A DNA stretch of 64,000 nt from an uncultured Eubacteriales bacterium (GTDB lineage Bacteria > Bacillota > Clostridia > Oscillospirales > CAG-272). The notes under the pieces were generated by a model, which worked only from the letters and a program-made list of their open reading frames with translations, searched no databases and was not told the origin of the DNA. The translations under genes and the position numbers were made by a program. The first letter of the stretch is position 1. Each line of letters begins with the position of its first letter. This document shows, one piece after another, positions 36,501-43,371 of the stretch. The stretch is from assembly GCA_905210485.1 (NCBI GenBank), contig CAJLXA010000004.1, positions 5,054 through 69,053 on the forward strand, given 5' to 3'.

Positions 36501-38827
36501 ATCGAAGCGACCGGATTGTCCGGATCGTTCTTCGGCGCAATGATGACCGTAATATTGTTGTTGTTTTCCGACGCCACGTTCATATAGAGATCGAACGTGC
36601 CGGAAGCCGTGGCGGTGAACGTGTGCGTCACACTGCCGCCGCGGAACTGAATACCGCCGCCGCGGGTAGCGCCGTTCACGGTGGGGGCGTTGCCGTTCCC
36701 CGCGCTGCCGCTATAAGTGCCGGCGGCCGAGGCGTCCACATACATGGAGCCTGCCGTCTGCTTTGTTTCCAGCGCAAGCGAGAGGTTGTAAACGCCGATG
36801 GAAACGTCTTCGCCGCCATCGGGGCAAACGCTGAATGTAAAGTTATGTGTACCTTTTGTGAGGTAAATGAAGCCGAGCGTATCGCTTACGGCATAGGTCT
36901 CGTTCTGATTTTCCGCGGCGACCGTAAGATCCTTGTCGCCGTTGGTCTTGGCCTCTGTCGCGCTGTTGCCGAGACGTGTGGCCAAAGCGTGCGCGATCTG
37001 TTTGTCGGAGGAAAGGGATACGTACTGGATATAGGTATCCGCGCGGTTGGTCTTACCGTAGAGACGGTATACGCCCTCCACCTCGATGTCGGCGGTGAAC
37101 GTCAGGGTGCCCTTGTTCGGCACTTTGACGGTCTTGCCGTCCGAAAGGAGCGCACTGCCGCCGCCCATCGTCATATCCGCGGCATTGGCGGTGAAGATGG
37201 TTTTGGGATTTTCGGGTTCGCTTTCCGCGGTTTCCGGCTGATAGAACAGGAAAATATCGGCGAGCGCCATCTGGAAATTGGACGAAAGCGTGAGCGTAAG
37301 TTCACCGGCAGGCAGAATCAGCGTGCCGAGTGCGTCCGTATACAGCGTAGCGCGCGACGCGTCCAGGTATTTCAGACCGGTAGCGGTAATTGCGGACGTC
37401 GCCACCGTATTGCCGTCGGCGTTCTTGGCGGCTATGCTCAGCGTTCTGCCATCCGGCAGAGCCGTCATAAGTCCGATTCTGTATTTGCCCGCAACGGGAA
37501 CCGTTACGGTGTAATTGGCGTCGATTGTGGATTTGCCGGAGTTCGGGAAGTTCATAAACAGGAGATTGTTTACGCTCTTGCCGCCGAAATTCACCGTATT
37601 CTCACGGCTGACCGTCTGGGCGTCGGCATCTTTCAGATCTTCCGCGCCGAGCAGTACCGTGGTGTCTTCGATCTCGTCAGCCAACGTGAGGCGGGCGGCC
37701 GAAACCGAAAGCGGATTCTGTGCGCTTGCGGAAGAGGATACGACGCTGATCTTGTTTATCCCCGAATCCAGCGTGACAAAGCATTTGAAATCGACCATTT
37801 CCGCGTCGGAAGCCACGGCGCCGTCGTCGCTTACCGCGGTTTTGTCGGACAGCGACTGCATACGGGCGGTATAAGCGCGGTTATTCACATAGATCGTCAC
37901 CGAGTTCAACTGTCCTTTGTTCGCCGCTTTCAGCGTAAGGCCGTAAACGCCCGGCAGGGCTTTATCCACCGTAAACGAAAGTCCGGCTACGGAAGTCGGC
38001 AGGACGATGGTCTTATCGTAACCGTCGGTGGCGGCGACCGTTCTGGCGTCGGTGTTCGCGGCGGTAAAGTTTTCGCCGTCAAGGCCGCAGACAGCCATCA
38101 CGCGGCGAAGCGTTCTGGCGGTATAGTATACCGATTCGGTGTCCTCTTCGTTTTCCCTGTATTTATTAAGGAAATAATCCGAGAGTTCGTAAAGCGTGGT
38201 CGCGGCACCGTATTCGCCGTCGGCAGAACCGAAAACATCGCCGGCCGCACGCGTATAGGTAATCGTGGTATTGCCGTCTTTCGTCAGGGCGAGAAACGCG
38301 CAATAGACAAGGCCGTAACCCTTATAGGCGTCCGCAGTCTGGTAACCTTCGGAAAAAACGGTCGTATAGGCGAAGGTCGCTTCCGTCGCGCTATATGTAA
38401 GGAAACGCATCGTCGCATAATCGGGACGAACGCCGTTTTCCTTCGTGGCATACACCGTAACGGCGGCGACATACGAGTCCTCCGCGGTATCGTTCACGAA
38501 TCCCGCTTCGGTCTTTTTCACCTTCATGTTATCGGCGGTATAACGGCTTTCACCCCGTTTTTCGCCGATACCCATCATGGCGCCGTAAGCAACGGTATAA
38601 CCTTTGGCTTCCAAAGCCTTTACCGCCGCCTGATCAACGCGGAACAGGGAACGGATGCCGGGTTCTTCTTTATACCGTGCGGCAAGCCCCTCATACGTGA
38701 TGATTTCTTCCGCCGTATCCGGCTCGCTCGCCAGAGCGGGCAGGGACGACAGGAAAACGCTGCACAGCATCACCGCCAGAAGCAGGACGGTTACGAGGCC
38801 GTGTACGTTTCGTTTTGCTTTTTTCAT
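30509..38827 (-). CDS. 2772-aa secreted multi-module protein with C-terminal metallophosphoesterase
   Basis: ATG 38827 behind AAAGGAGGA. Sec signal 'LLLAVMLCSVFLSSLPALASE'. At least 8 beta-sandwich-like modules, a degenerate SGNH-like segment, then 'LLTDTHYTG', 'ILGDQAMND', 'TNGNHDYQY', 'YGDVHDEEH'. Confidence 0.85.
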   Translation of the reverse strand: MKKAKRNVHGLVTVLLLAVMLCSVFLSSLPALASEPDTAEEIITYEGLAARYKEEPGIRSLFRVDQAAVKALEAKGYTVAYGAMMGIGEKRGESRYTADNMKVKKTEAGFVNDTAEDSYVAAVTVYATKENGVRPDYATMRFLTYSATEATFAYTTVFSEGYQTADAYKGYGLVYCAFLALTKDGNTTITYTRAAGDVFGSADGEYGAATTLYELSDYFLNKYRENEEDTESVYYTARTLRRVMAVCGLDGENFTAANTDARTVAATDGYDKTIVLPTSVAGLSFTVDKALPGVYGLTLKAANKGQLNSVTIYVNNRAYTARMQSLSDKTAVSDDGAVASDAEMVDFKCFVTLDSGINKISVVSSSASAQNPLSVSAARLTLADEIEDTTVLLGAEDLKDADAQTVSRENTVNFGGKSVNNLLFMNFPNSGKSTIDANYTVTVPVAGKYRIGLMTALPDGRTLSIAAKNADGNTVATSAITATGLKYLDASRATLYTDALGTLILPAGELTLTLSSNFQMALADIFLFYQPETAESEPENPKTIFTANAADMTMGGGSALLSDGKTVKVPNKGTLTFTADIEVEGVYRLYGKTNRADTYIQYVSLSSDKQIAHALATRLGNSATEAKTNGDKDLTVAAENQNETYAVSDTLGFIYLTKGTHNFTFSVCPDGGEDVSIGVYNLSLALETKQTAGSMYVDASAAGTYSGSAGNGNAPTVNGATRGGGIQFRGGSVTHTFTATASGTFDLYMNVASENNNNITVIIAPKNDPDNPVASIPYTFLAKNSPWTTGTNYAFSNASIAVIDTKIAEGISLVKGTEYTVTVQNGNNTNIGYTDFRFVCRELAKEKAYTTVDTSYNAGLLSDAGLPYSADNGYYTDLIFIRDAGTTLTFTAAAGYVNDYAKAPAVLVYTLRNGEYTYDAEATENLTANGYSAVSGTYASCRAVGGRLVYTVTTEKNNTCLRFAAKANGKDALSLAADAYSGAVYTLTPADESRLFAESTGNTLYDEALKNKTLAVIGSADTLGHGLYHEVCTVFGMMGAKYDMTTTVYTVPAYAASDTLSIPSADIVLIFGSNADYLADSSLDAYRNGLAQVIAAAQADASRTVVAVSAIPSDGAANAAGNTAAAYKDAFQTLMQTSGIVFFDPASDSGLDFSDAETVASCVKNGALSEVGHRRIYTAFEKFVSRALPNPDNITVSLADAVLGQAVRLSDGTVLLRAVGDTTYALTFTVNVRTAGVYTLEADVNRLGGRVYAIGAASDKVNGKAFASLDGTADYTVKNPSDEDFRVSAKKETLTLLQMYLAAGDNTVTLYCLKENDNDYPVGVSNLVFRRSAVSGEDCARIPASSLTGGTADTMTGGRVLTDGTSVTYEFTAEDTGFYNFYALLGADNTTTLSFIVTRLADNKTVGNCSVTVPAGRAFVLSDTDIGGDILLESGKTYRVTLTADGNVTVGDLLLKKIGTPANSLTLDTMTVSLGAQADLRVRATGLPIGKVLCLAYDKADSLVGSTYAVKSEYTEELTFTVTPIESATIASVRVFMVDTDYHTASEILVCRGENSVKKIDASAFSVTKSESETFAHIPYAFAVHADEMNATSGASLLDDGETRLFRNGNTATFTVYAEKEGAYAIDLKCNTTGGYIQYVNIRNETYAAFNKHGSAEARLGKSTIWPTATQDSDYAVSAEVRYGAFDGEAESYIWLLAGENKLNISITVNQTGTCLGLDSIAFTPSALMKADGASVVYASSEIKTADTSLTNVLGKSGTLGSSINLYQNGFFLRGSKDYPSIVYFDVTVPEDGAYDLSVLGSTEGPVITVSAESNSFLPIKKIFGKQTLGDCSTTAMPLSVGTLNLKAGTHTLKMVVSSGYFHFNLMALTRVGDYSEDETIAISPSYMLEDKDTGVFDLTMDIIDCTGKTYKILVDVTGEDANGNAFAYQLTSLHKNYGSVQTFNGTAQNGINTITVSACVYEYDEETGALGELVYTMKPNTYKSEETLRTFLLTDTHYTGTNALQQVKYYNGTTLKTSQRFGWTVGNQKSLKEFNYYTAEYDIYGWTSDEKLQRIMDEVIEKYKNGEFDLLFILGDQAMNDAPYVKFEINNVTYKDLLKKGNTVYNDPEGPTCADFWESPINVSNVVKKLFFDQLSANGIPYYITNGNHDYQYTYSKNKDDLDFTPWENMYHYAELLGHRTETDNGSYLRDDNDEYIHYSDSDSVNFLVRVIRRNGEVKILTPMTEAELSAFKEKYASDTNCYDFYVSEETVTDADEKLGAFVMTNGFGMDTYQYFTDVGVITIDGVKNYTGQTIRYSSAALKQDMIKSMLDRTVSEGYGQTFMVSHLIIKSDMEMMIDGYDNVQGAFYGDVHDEEHYYATIPYWVVGHFSSAYDIDYYYADIDGDGNTEPDNQYYYDRGNPKIGNRIWGDFSRHSWNYMVLRVHGDTSYATRVHPSFFLENGTQARLTFDTVTGWDAKYVRATAPASLAAHNFYYVYKGDTKLYTEAEATAKGKTGARKVFVGGDAVTVGQSFSYLVEEYTKGTFMSYKYRIDTAGNVYTLSGQLLGQAEGLTLARSGVFTAMSDEGKAVTFNGATYYLVGVHGDISGHYLYDEKGDWVYVDQNGDYVFYTAVEKTSEASMQTFNATYGRDLDIPYQREWFYKNKAGELVSLESTLAESRTNGGQNIVITDIYLVTAEDVQNHAYFKQSKYYVDPAVNTASTVSSQIVIRDGKIVAGEGYCHFSYVHTLTYADSSTVTESDVRRETDANGNVIYGMYIPYMEYLGEWFNR
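31750..32870 (-). other. calcineurin-like metallophosphoesterase catalytic region of the megaprotein
   Basis: D-x-H (32834-32842), GD..ND (about 32585-32615), GNHD (about 32375-32400) and GD-x-H (about 31760-31790) motifs occur in canonical order. Confidence 0.7.
33411..37960 (-). repeat. array of about 140-170-aa beta-sandwich (CBM-like) modules inside the megaprotein
   Basis: Recurrent signature G-x-[YF]-x-[LIF] after F/Y-T-[FV]: 'GVYGLTL', 'GKYRIGL', 'GVYRLYG', 'GTFDLYM', 'GVYTLEA', 'GFYNFYA', 'GAYAIDL', 'GAYDLSV'. These fall at about 37930, 37475, 37070, 36575, 35105, 34680, 33940 and 33435. Confidence 0.6.
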
Positions 38828-38895
38828 GTGCAAAATCCTCCTTTTTCCGTTATATTGGTACAGAATTTTATGCATAATGATGGTATCACGCTTAT

Positions 38896-38901
38896 ATTAT
38901 A
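38896..38901 (-). promoter_or_regulatory. candidate -10 (TATAAT) of the megaprotein gene, poor -35
   Basis: Minus strand reads ..AAGACA-17 nt-TATAAT, about 70 nt upstream of the ATG. The weak -35 would fit activator dependence. Confidence 0.4.
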
Positions 38902-39015
38902 GCAAACCCAAACGCTACTGTCTTGTGCAATCCTCAACTTATTGTGTGTTTTCTAAAAAATTTACAAAAAAAATAGGTATTTTCTGCAAATTTTGTATGT
39001 TTTTTGAAAAAACAG

Positions 39016-39044
39016 TTGTAAATATCCCTGTCATATGTTACAAT
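39016..39044 (+). promoter_or_regulatory. promoter of the AraC-family gene
   Basis: TTGTAA (39016-21) - 17 nt - TACAAT (39039-44). Confidence 0.55.
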
Positions 39045-39103
39045 GAAAGAGAAACGTGCCGGGTCACTGCGCCCCGCGTCGCAAAGCAAAGGAGACCGGA
39101 AAA

Positions 39104-40051
39104 ATGAACAGTAATCATTATAATCAAATGTTATCTTTGGACATCAGAGTGGCGCCCGGAAGTGAAACCGTCTACTGCCTCATGCAACCGGAGAGTCCGG
39201 GAAAAATACGCCCCGCCGTGGAATACGATTGCCTGTTCCGCGTCGGAAAAACGCGTTGCACGCCGGACTACTACTGTCATTTCTACCCGGCTTATCACAC
39301 CTGCTTCATGTATTTTATATCCGGTTCGGGAACGCTCTACCACGACAAGACGGAGTATCACCCCGTGACGGGCGATCTCTTTATCCTGCATGCCGGCTCC
39401 GAATGGGAATATATGACCGATCCGAAAGACCCGTGGGAACTGATATGGCTGAACAGCCAGACGTCCATCGGCGGTGCACTTCTGGAAATGTACGAACTGG
39501 AAGACAAAGTATGCGTTCACAATGCGGACGTCTACCCCGTTATGAACACGATTTTCGACATCATGTCCCATGTGGACAAACGTCCGTGGGAACTGCGCGA
39601 CAACGTGATGAACCGTTTTCTTCATCTGATACAGCAGACCGCGCAGGCGGCGCAGTTCCGCCACGGCGACACAAAACAGCTCCGTGACGCCAACATCATG
39701 AAAGAATATATCGACGCGCACATCATGGAAAATATACGTCTGTCCGACGTCAGCCGTCTTGTTTACCGCTCCGACGGCGGCGCAACCACGATCTTCCGAA
39801 AAGCCTACGGACTTTCGGTCAAAGAATATATTCTGCAGACGAAACTGGAGATCGCGTCACGGCTCCTGATCGAAACGCCGTATACCGTCACGGCGATCTC
39901 GGACATGCTGACATTCTGCGACGCACAGCATTTCTCGCGTATTTTCCGCTCCCGGTACAACATGGCGCCGCTGGCTTACCGTAAAAACATGCGGGAGATC
40001 GACTCCCGGAACAGCGGCGTTTCCCACGAGGTCCGATTGCCGGAAAGATAA
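39104..40051 (+). CDS. AraC-family transcriptional regulator (cupin sensor + HTH_18)
   Basis: N-terminal cupin-like 'FISGSGTLYHDKTEYHPVTGDLFILHAG'. C-terminal 'YGLSVKEYILQTKLEIASRLL..ISDMLTFCDAQHFSRIFRSRYNMAPLAYR'. ATG 39104 behind GGAGA. Confidence 0.85.
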   Translation: MNSNHYNQMLSLDIRVAPGSETVYCLMQPESPGKIRPAVEYDCLFRVGKTRCTPDYYCHFYPAYHTCFMYFISGSGTLYHDKTEYHPVTGDLFILHAGSEWEYMTDPKDPWELIWLNSQTSIGGALLEMYELEDKVCVHNADVYPVMNTIFDIMSHVDKRPWELRDNVMNRFLHLIQQTAQAAQFRHGDTKQLRDANIMKEYIDAHIMENIRLSDVSRLVYRSDGGATTIFRKAYGLSVKEYILQTKLEIASRLLIETPYTVTAISDMLTFCDAQHFSRIFRSRYNMAPLAYRKNMREIDSRNSGVSHEVRLPER

Positions 40052-40081
40052 CCGCAAAAAAGGTCTGCCCCCGAAAAACGA

Positions 40082-40123
40082 CAGCAGGAATACAAATGAA
40101 CGTTTGTATTCCTGCTGATTTTT
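40082..40123 (+). terminator. rho-independent terminator after the AraC gene
   Basis: 15-bp stem CAGCAGGAATACAAA / TTTGTATTCCTGCTG, followed by ATTTTT. Confidence 0.8.
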
Positions 40124-40208
40124 ATGATACGGAAGAAAGAGAGGCAGGGGCAACCTACCGTTTGCCGGGCGGTAAAAGCGCGTCTTCCGGCGCGGCCGAA
40201 AAATACGG

Positions 40209-41723
40209 TCAGTCGGCCGGAAACACGACGGCGATCTCCGACAGCCGCGTAAGAACGTCCTGCTTCAGGCTGATGAACGCGACATAGCGGCGCAGGGCGC
40301 CGTTGCCGTAATAGGCATTATAGGCGGTTTCGTAGGCTTTCTGTTTTTCGGCGTCGGTGCTGTTTGTCATATACGCGAGATACTCATTATAGATCCCGTT
40401 CAGTTTATCGTCGGCAACGGTGACGCCGAGCGCCTTGGCGGCCGCGTGGTAAATGAGATACTCCTCCACATTGGTTTCGGCGAGTTCCCGGATCCTGTTT
40501 TCCACCTCTTCTTCGGTGGCCGGCGTTCCGTCGGTATTTTTAAACAGCGTCTTTTCATAATCCAATAAGGTAGGATACTGTGAACTGCCGTTCTTTTCGA
40601 CATAGACGTCGTACTCCACACGGATATACGCCCGCACCTCGGTCTCCGCGGCGGTAAGCGCTTTTTTCGGATAAGCGGTCACAGTGGCAAGACGGTACAG
40701 TTCCGCGTCACAGGCTTCGGACAGGGCGCTTTTATAGGTTTCGTTCTCCACGCTCTGCAGATACGATTTCACCACGGCGCGGAACTCTTCCACGGCGTTT
40801 TCGGAGTCAATCTTGCCACCCGTCACTTCCTTAATAAATTCGCGCGTCAATTCCGGAATAACGGGGCGCGTGAAGGACAGAGGAACGATATGAAAGGTAA
40901 CGTTTTTTCCGACGTAGTTTTTGAAGTCGGTATTTTCGTAACTTTCGGGCAGGGTCAGCGTAATGTCGAAAGTTTTCTCTTCGGTAATGACGAAATGCGG
41001 CGTAATATCCGCTTTGATGATCCGGCTGTATTCGTCAATGTAACTATAGGCTTCCTTTGCGGTCTCGCCAATCGTGAGGCCGATCAGAGAAGCGTTCAGA
41101 TTTTTTTCAAAGTCGCTGTCGGCGCGGGAAAGATCCATACGGGAAAAGGCGCGGCTTTCCGCCAGCCTTACGATGGCGCCGTCGGTATCTTCATAATAAA
41201 AGACAATACTGGCGATAACGGTATCGTTTTCTTTGACCGTACCGCTTTTTGTCTCCACAAGTTTATAGTCCGACGGGACAAGGGCGCTGTTTATGATCGG
41301 ATCTTCAAACTCCGCGTCACGATCCTTGATGAAACTGTCGCCGCCTTCGCCGAGCAGAACGCTCACGGTCTTTCCCGTATAATTGGTAAGCCCCTCTATC
41401 GGGCGGCCGTTTTCCGCCGTGGCATAATACAGGAATGTCAGCGTGTCGCCCGCCGCGACCGCCACATCGGTCAGTTCTTTATCGCTTGCGGCCTTTTTTT
41501 GAAGTTCCGCGATATAGTCGTTTACGTCCTGATCGCCGACAACGGCGGCGGGTTTCACTTTAACGGTGAAACCGTTCAGCGTTGCGCTGTCAAGCGACAC
41601 ATAGGGGGTCAGATTTTCACGCGCATAATCATAGACGGCATTTCCGCAGGAAAAAAGTCCGCCGACGAGGATCGTGAGGACAAGAAAAAGGGGGATATGC
41701 GCGAGGCGCTTTTTCTGTTTCAT
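40209..41723 (-). CDS. lipoprotein with trigger-factor-like region
   Basis: ATG 41723 behind GAAGGAAG. Lipobox 'LVGGLFSC|GN'. 'GKNVTFHIVPLSFTRPVIPELTREFIKEVTGG' resembles the trigger-factor PPIase/C-domain junction. Confidence 0.55.
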   Translation of the reverse strand: MKQKKRLAHIPLFLVLTILVGGLFSCGNAVYDYARENLTPYVSLDSATLNGFTVKVKPAAVVGDQDVNDYIAELQKKAASDKELTDVAVAAGDTLTFLYYATAENGRPIEGLTNYTGKTVSVLLGEGGDSFIKDRDAEFEDPIINSALVPSDYKLVETKSGTVKENDTVIASIVFYYEDTDGAIVRLAESRAFSRMDLSRADSDFEKNLNASLIGLTIGETAKEAYSYIDEYSRIIKADITPHFVITEEKTFDITLTLPESYENTDFKNYVGKNVTFHIVPLSFTRPVIPELTREFIKEVTGGKIDSENAVEEFRAVVKSYLQSVENETYKSALSEACDAELYRLATVTAYPKKALTAAETEVRAYIRVEYDVYVEKNGSSQYPTLLDYEKTLFKNTDGTPATEEEVENRIRELAETNVEEYLIYHAAAKALGVTVADDKLNGIYNEYLAYMTNSTDAEKQKAYETAYNAYYGNGALRRYVAFISLKQDVLTRLSEIAVVFPAD

Positions 41724-41831
41724 AGATCTTCCTTCTTTATCATTCTGTTTTCCGAACATCTCCGCGCGGCGTGCCGCACGCACAAATGTAATGCAATGTA
41801 AACATTTCTTTACATTTGATTCTGGTACCGG

Positions 41832-42761
41832 TTATATACCGTTATCCGTATCGGGGAAACGGACGGTCACTTTATACTTGCAAAGGAGCGCTTCCGGCCG
41901 ATAGGATTCCTTTGAACGGCGGAGGCCTTCGTCCCCGTCGTCCTCCTCGCGGTTCACATACCGTATGTCCGCCGCCACGCGGGAGACGGCTTCACGGACA
42001 AGAAGCGGATACGCGCCGCGTATCTCGCGCCGCGCCTTTTCCACATGCATATAGAAAACGCCGCGGCGGATTTCTCCGATGGAGAAGCCGATGATGTCCC
42101 CGTTCACTTCAAGAACAAAGCCGATACATTCCGCTTCACGCATGGCGCGGATAAGCCTTTCCGCCGCCGCGCCCTCCCGCCGGGCGCCGGGGGAATCATC
42201 CTCTTCGGACAATCGGTAATCGCGGTAAAACGACAGCAGAGACTCCGTATCGTTTTCCGTGATTTCGCGGAACGTATACTGTTCATACGTATTCAGGAAC
42301 GCATGAATATGATTGCGTTTGGCCGCCAGTTTTTTTCCGGCAAACGTGGAAAGCGACTGCGCGGAATACAGATAATCGGATTCCGCGTCGCTGTAGGTGC
42401 ATGTCGCGCGGCCGGGATAGCAGGCACAGACGGCCATGGCCTGTTCCTCCGTCAGCGCCGACAGCGTAACGTCGCCGTGCGTTTCGCGGTGGAGGGCTTC
42501 CGTAATCTCGGCTTCGTGACCCGTTATCGGAGACGCGGGCGCGTAAACACGGTGAAGTTCCGCGCCTGCGTCCCGTTCATCGGCGACCTCGTCCGTGGCC
42601 GACAGAAAGGGAACGCCATAGACCGTTCCGAATGTGATCCGATAAAAATCCGCCCACATATACAGGTAGCCGAGCGTCATATCGGCAAAAAGCGTTTCCG
42701 CCCCGGCAATATGGCGCGAAAGAAGCGACAGGTTATTCTTGGTTACGGGCAAAAAATTCAT
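41832..42761 (-). CDS. DUF2156-like (lysyl-PG synthase C-terminal / GNAT-fold-like) protein
   Basis: 309 aa. N-terminus '[28 protein letters not shown]'. ATGA overlap with the rnhA stop. Family assignment is from memory only. Confidence 0.45.
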   Translation of the reverse strand: MNFLPVTKNNLSLLSRHIAGAETLFADMTLGYLYMWADFYRITFGTVYGVPFLSATDEVADERDAGAELHRVYAPASPITGHEAEITEALHRETHGDVTLSALTEEQAMAVCACYPGRATCTYSDAESDYLYSAQSLSTFAGKKLAAKRNHIHAFLNTYEQYTFREITENDTESLLSFYRDYRLSEEDDSPGARREGAAAERLIRAMREAECIGFVLEVNGDIIGFSIGEIRRGVFYMHVEKARREIRGAYPLLVREAVSRVAADIRYVNREEDDGDEGLRRSKESYRPEALLCKYKVTVRFPDTDNGI

Positions 42762-43207
42762 ACTGCGGCACCGCGGAAAGAATCGGCGGCCGCCGTGGCG
42801 AGCGCGTCACAGCGCTCGTTATAGGCGTGGCCGTCATGACCCTTTACCCAGATGAAATTCACGTTGTGCAAAGAGAGAAGCGAAGAAAGTTTTTCCCAGA
42901 GGTCGATATTCTTCACCTCGTCTTTTTTGCCGCGGCGGTAATTCTGACGTTGCCAGCCGGCGATCCAGCCGAGGGTGACGGCATCGACAAGGTATTTGGA
43001 GTCCGAACACAATTCGACGTGGCATGGCTCGCGCAGAGCGGAAAGGCCGTTTATGGCGGCGAGAAGTTCCATGCGGTTATTGGTCGTGACGGGTTCGCCG
43101 CCCGACATCTCTTTTTCATGCTCGCCGTAAACGAGAATACAGCCCCAGCCGCCCGGTCCGGGATTTCCGCGGCAGGCGCCGTCCGTATAGATTTTGACTT
43201 CTTTCAT
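42758..43207 (-). CDS. rnhA: ribonuclease HI
   Basis: '[17 protein letters not shown]', '[11 protein letters not shown]', '[15 protein letters not shown]'. Confidence 0.9.
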   Translation of the reverse strand: MKEVKIYTDGACRGNPGPGGWGCILVYGEHEKEMSGGEPVTTNNRMELLAAINGLSALREPCHVELCSDSKYLVDAVTLGWIAGWQRQNYRRGKKDEVKNIDLWEKLSSLLSLHNVNFIWVKGHDGHAYNERCDALATAAADSFRGAAV

Positions 43208-43282
43208 ATATCCGATGTGTCCGTTTCCCGGCCGGTTCCGACCGATTTACATTAGAGAGAGGAGAGAAAAGTGCGTCTCTCC

Positions 43283-43326
43283 AAAACGAACCGCAGAGGT
43301 ACTGTCTTCACCCTGCGGTTCGTTTT
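43283..43326 (-). terminator. terminator after the 702-aa lipoprotein gene
   Basis: GAACCGCAG / CTGCGGTTC stem with a 16-nt loop, flanked by AAAAC and GTTTT. Confidence 0.6.
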
Positions 43327-43371
43327 CCGGATTATACGCCGGCGGCGCATACGGCCGCGCGATATACCCGA

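Noticed and set aside
30641-38902. 2753-aa ORF on the + strand, the longest + strand ORF in the window
   Set aside because: It is the exact codon-mirror of the minus-strand gene. That gene has an RBS, a signal peptide, ordered metallophosphoesterase motifs and a paralog at 25814..27922. The + product is R/V/G/I/F-rich, has no motifs, RBS or promoter, and resembles every other shadow ORF here.
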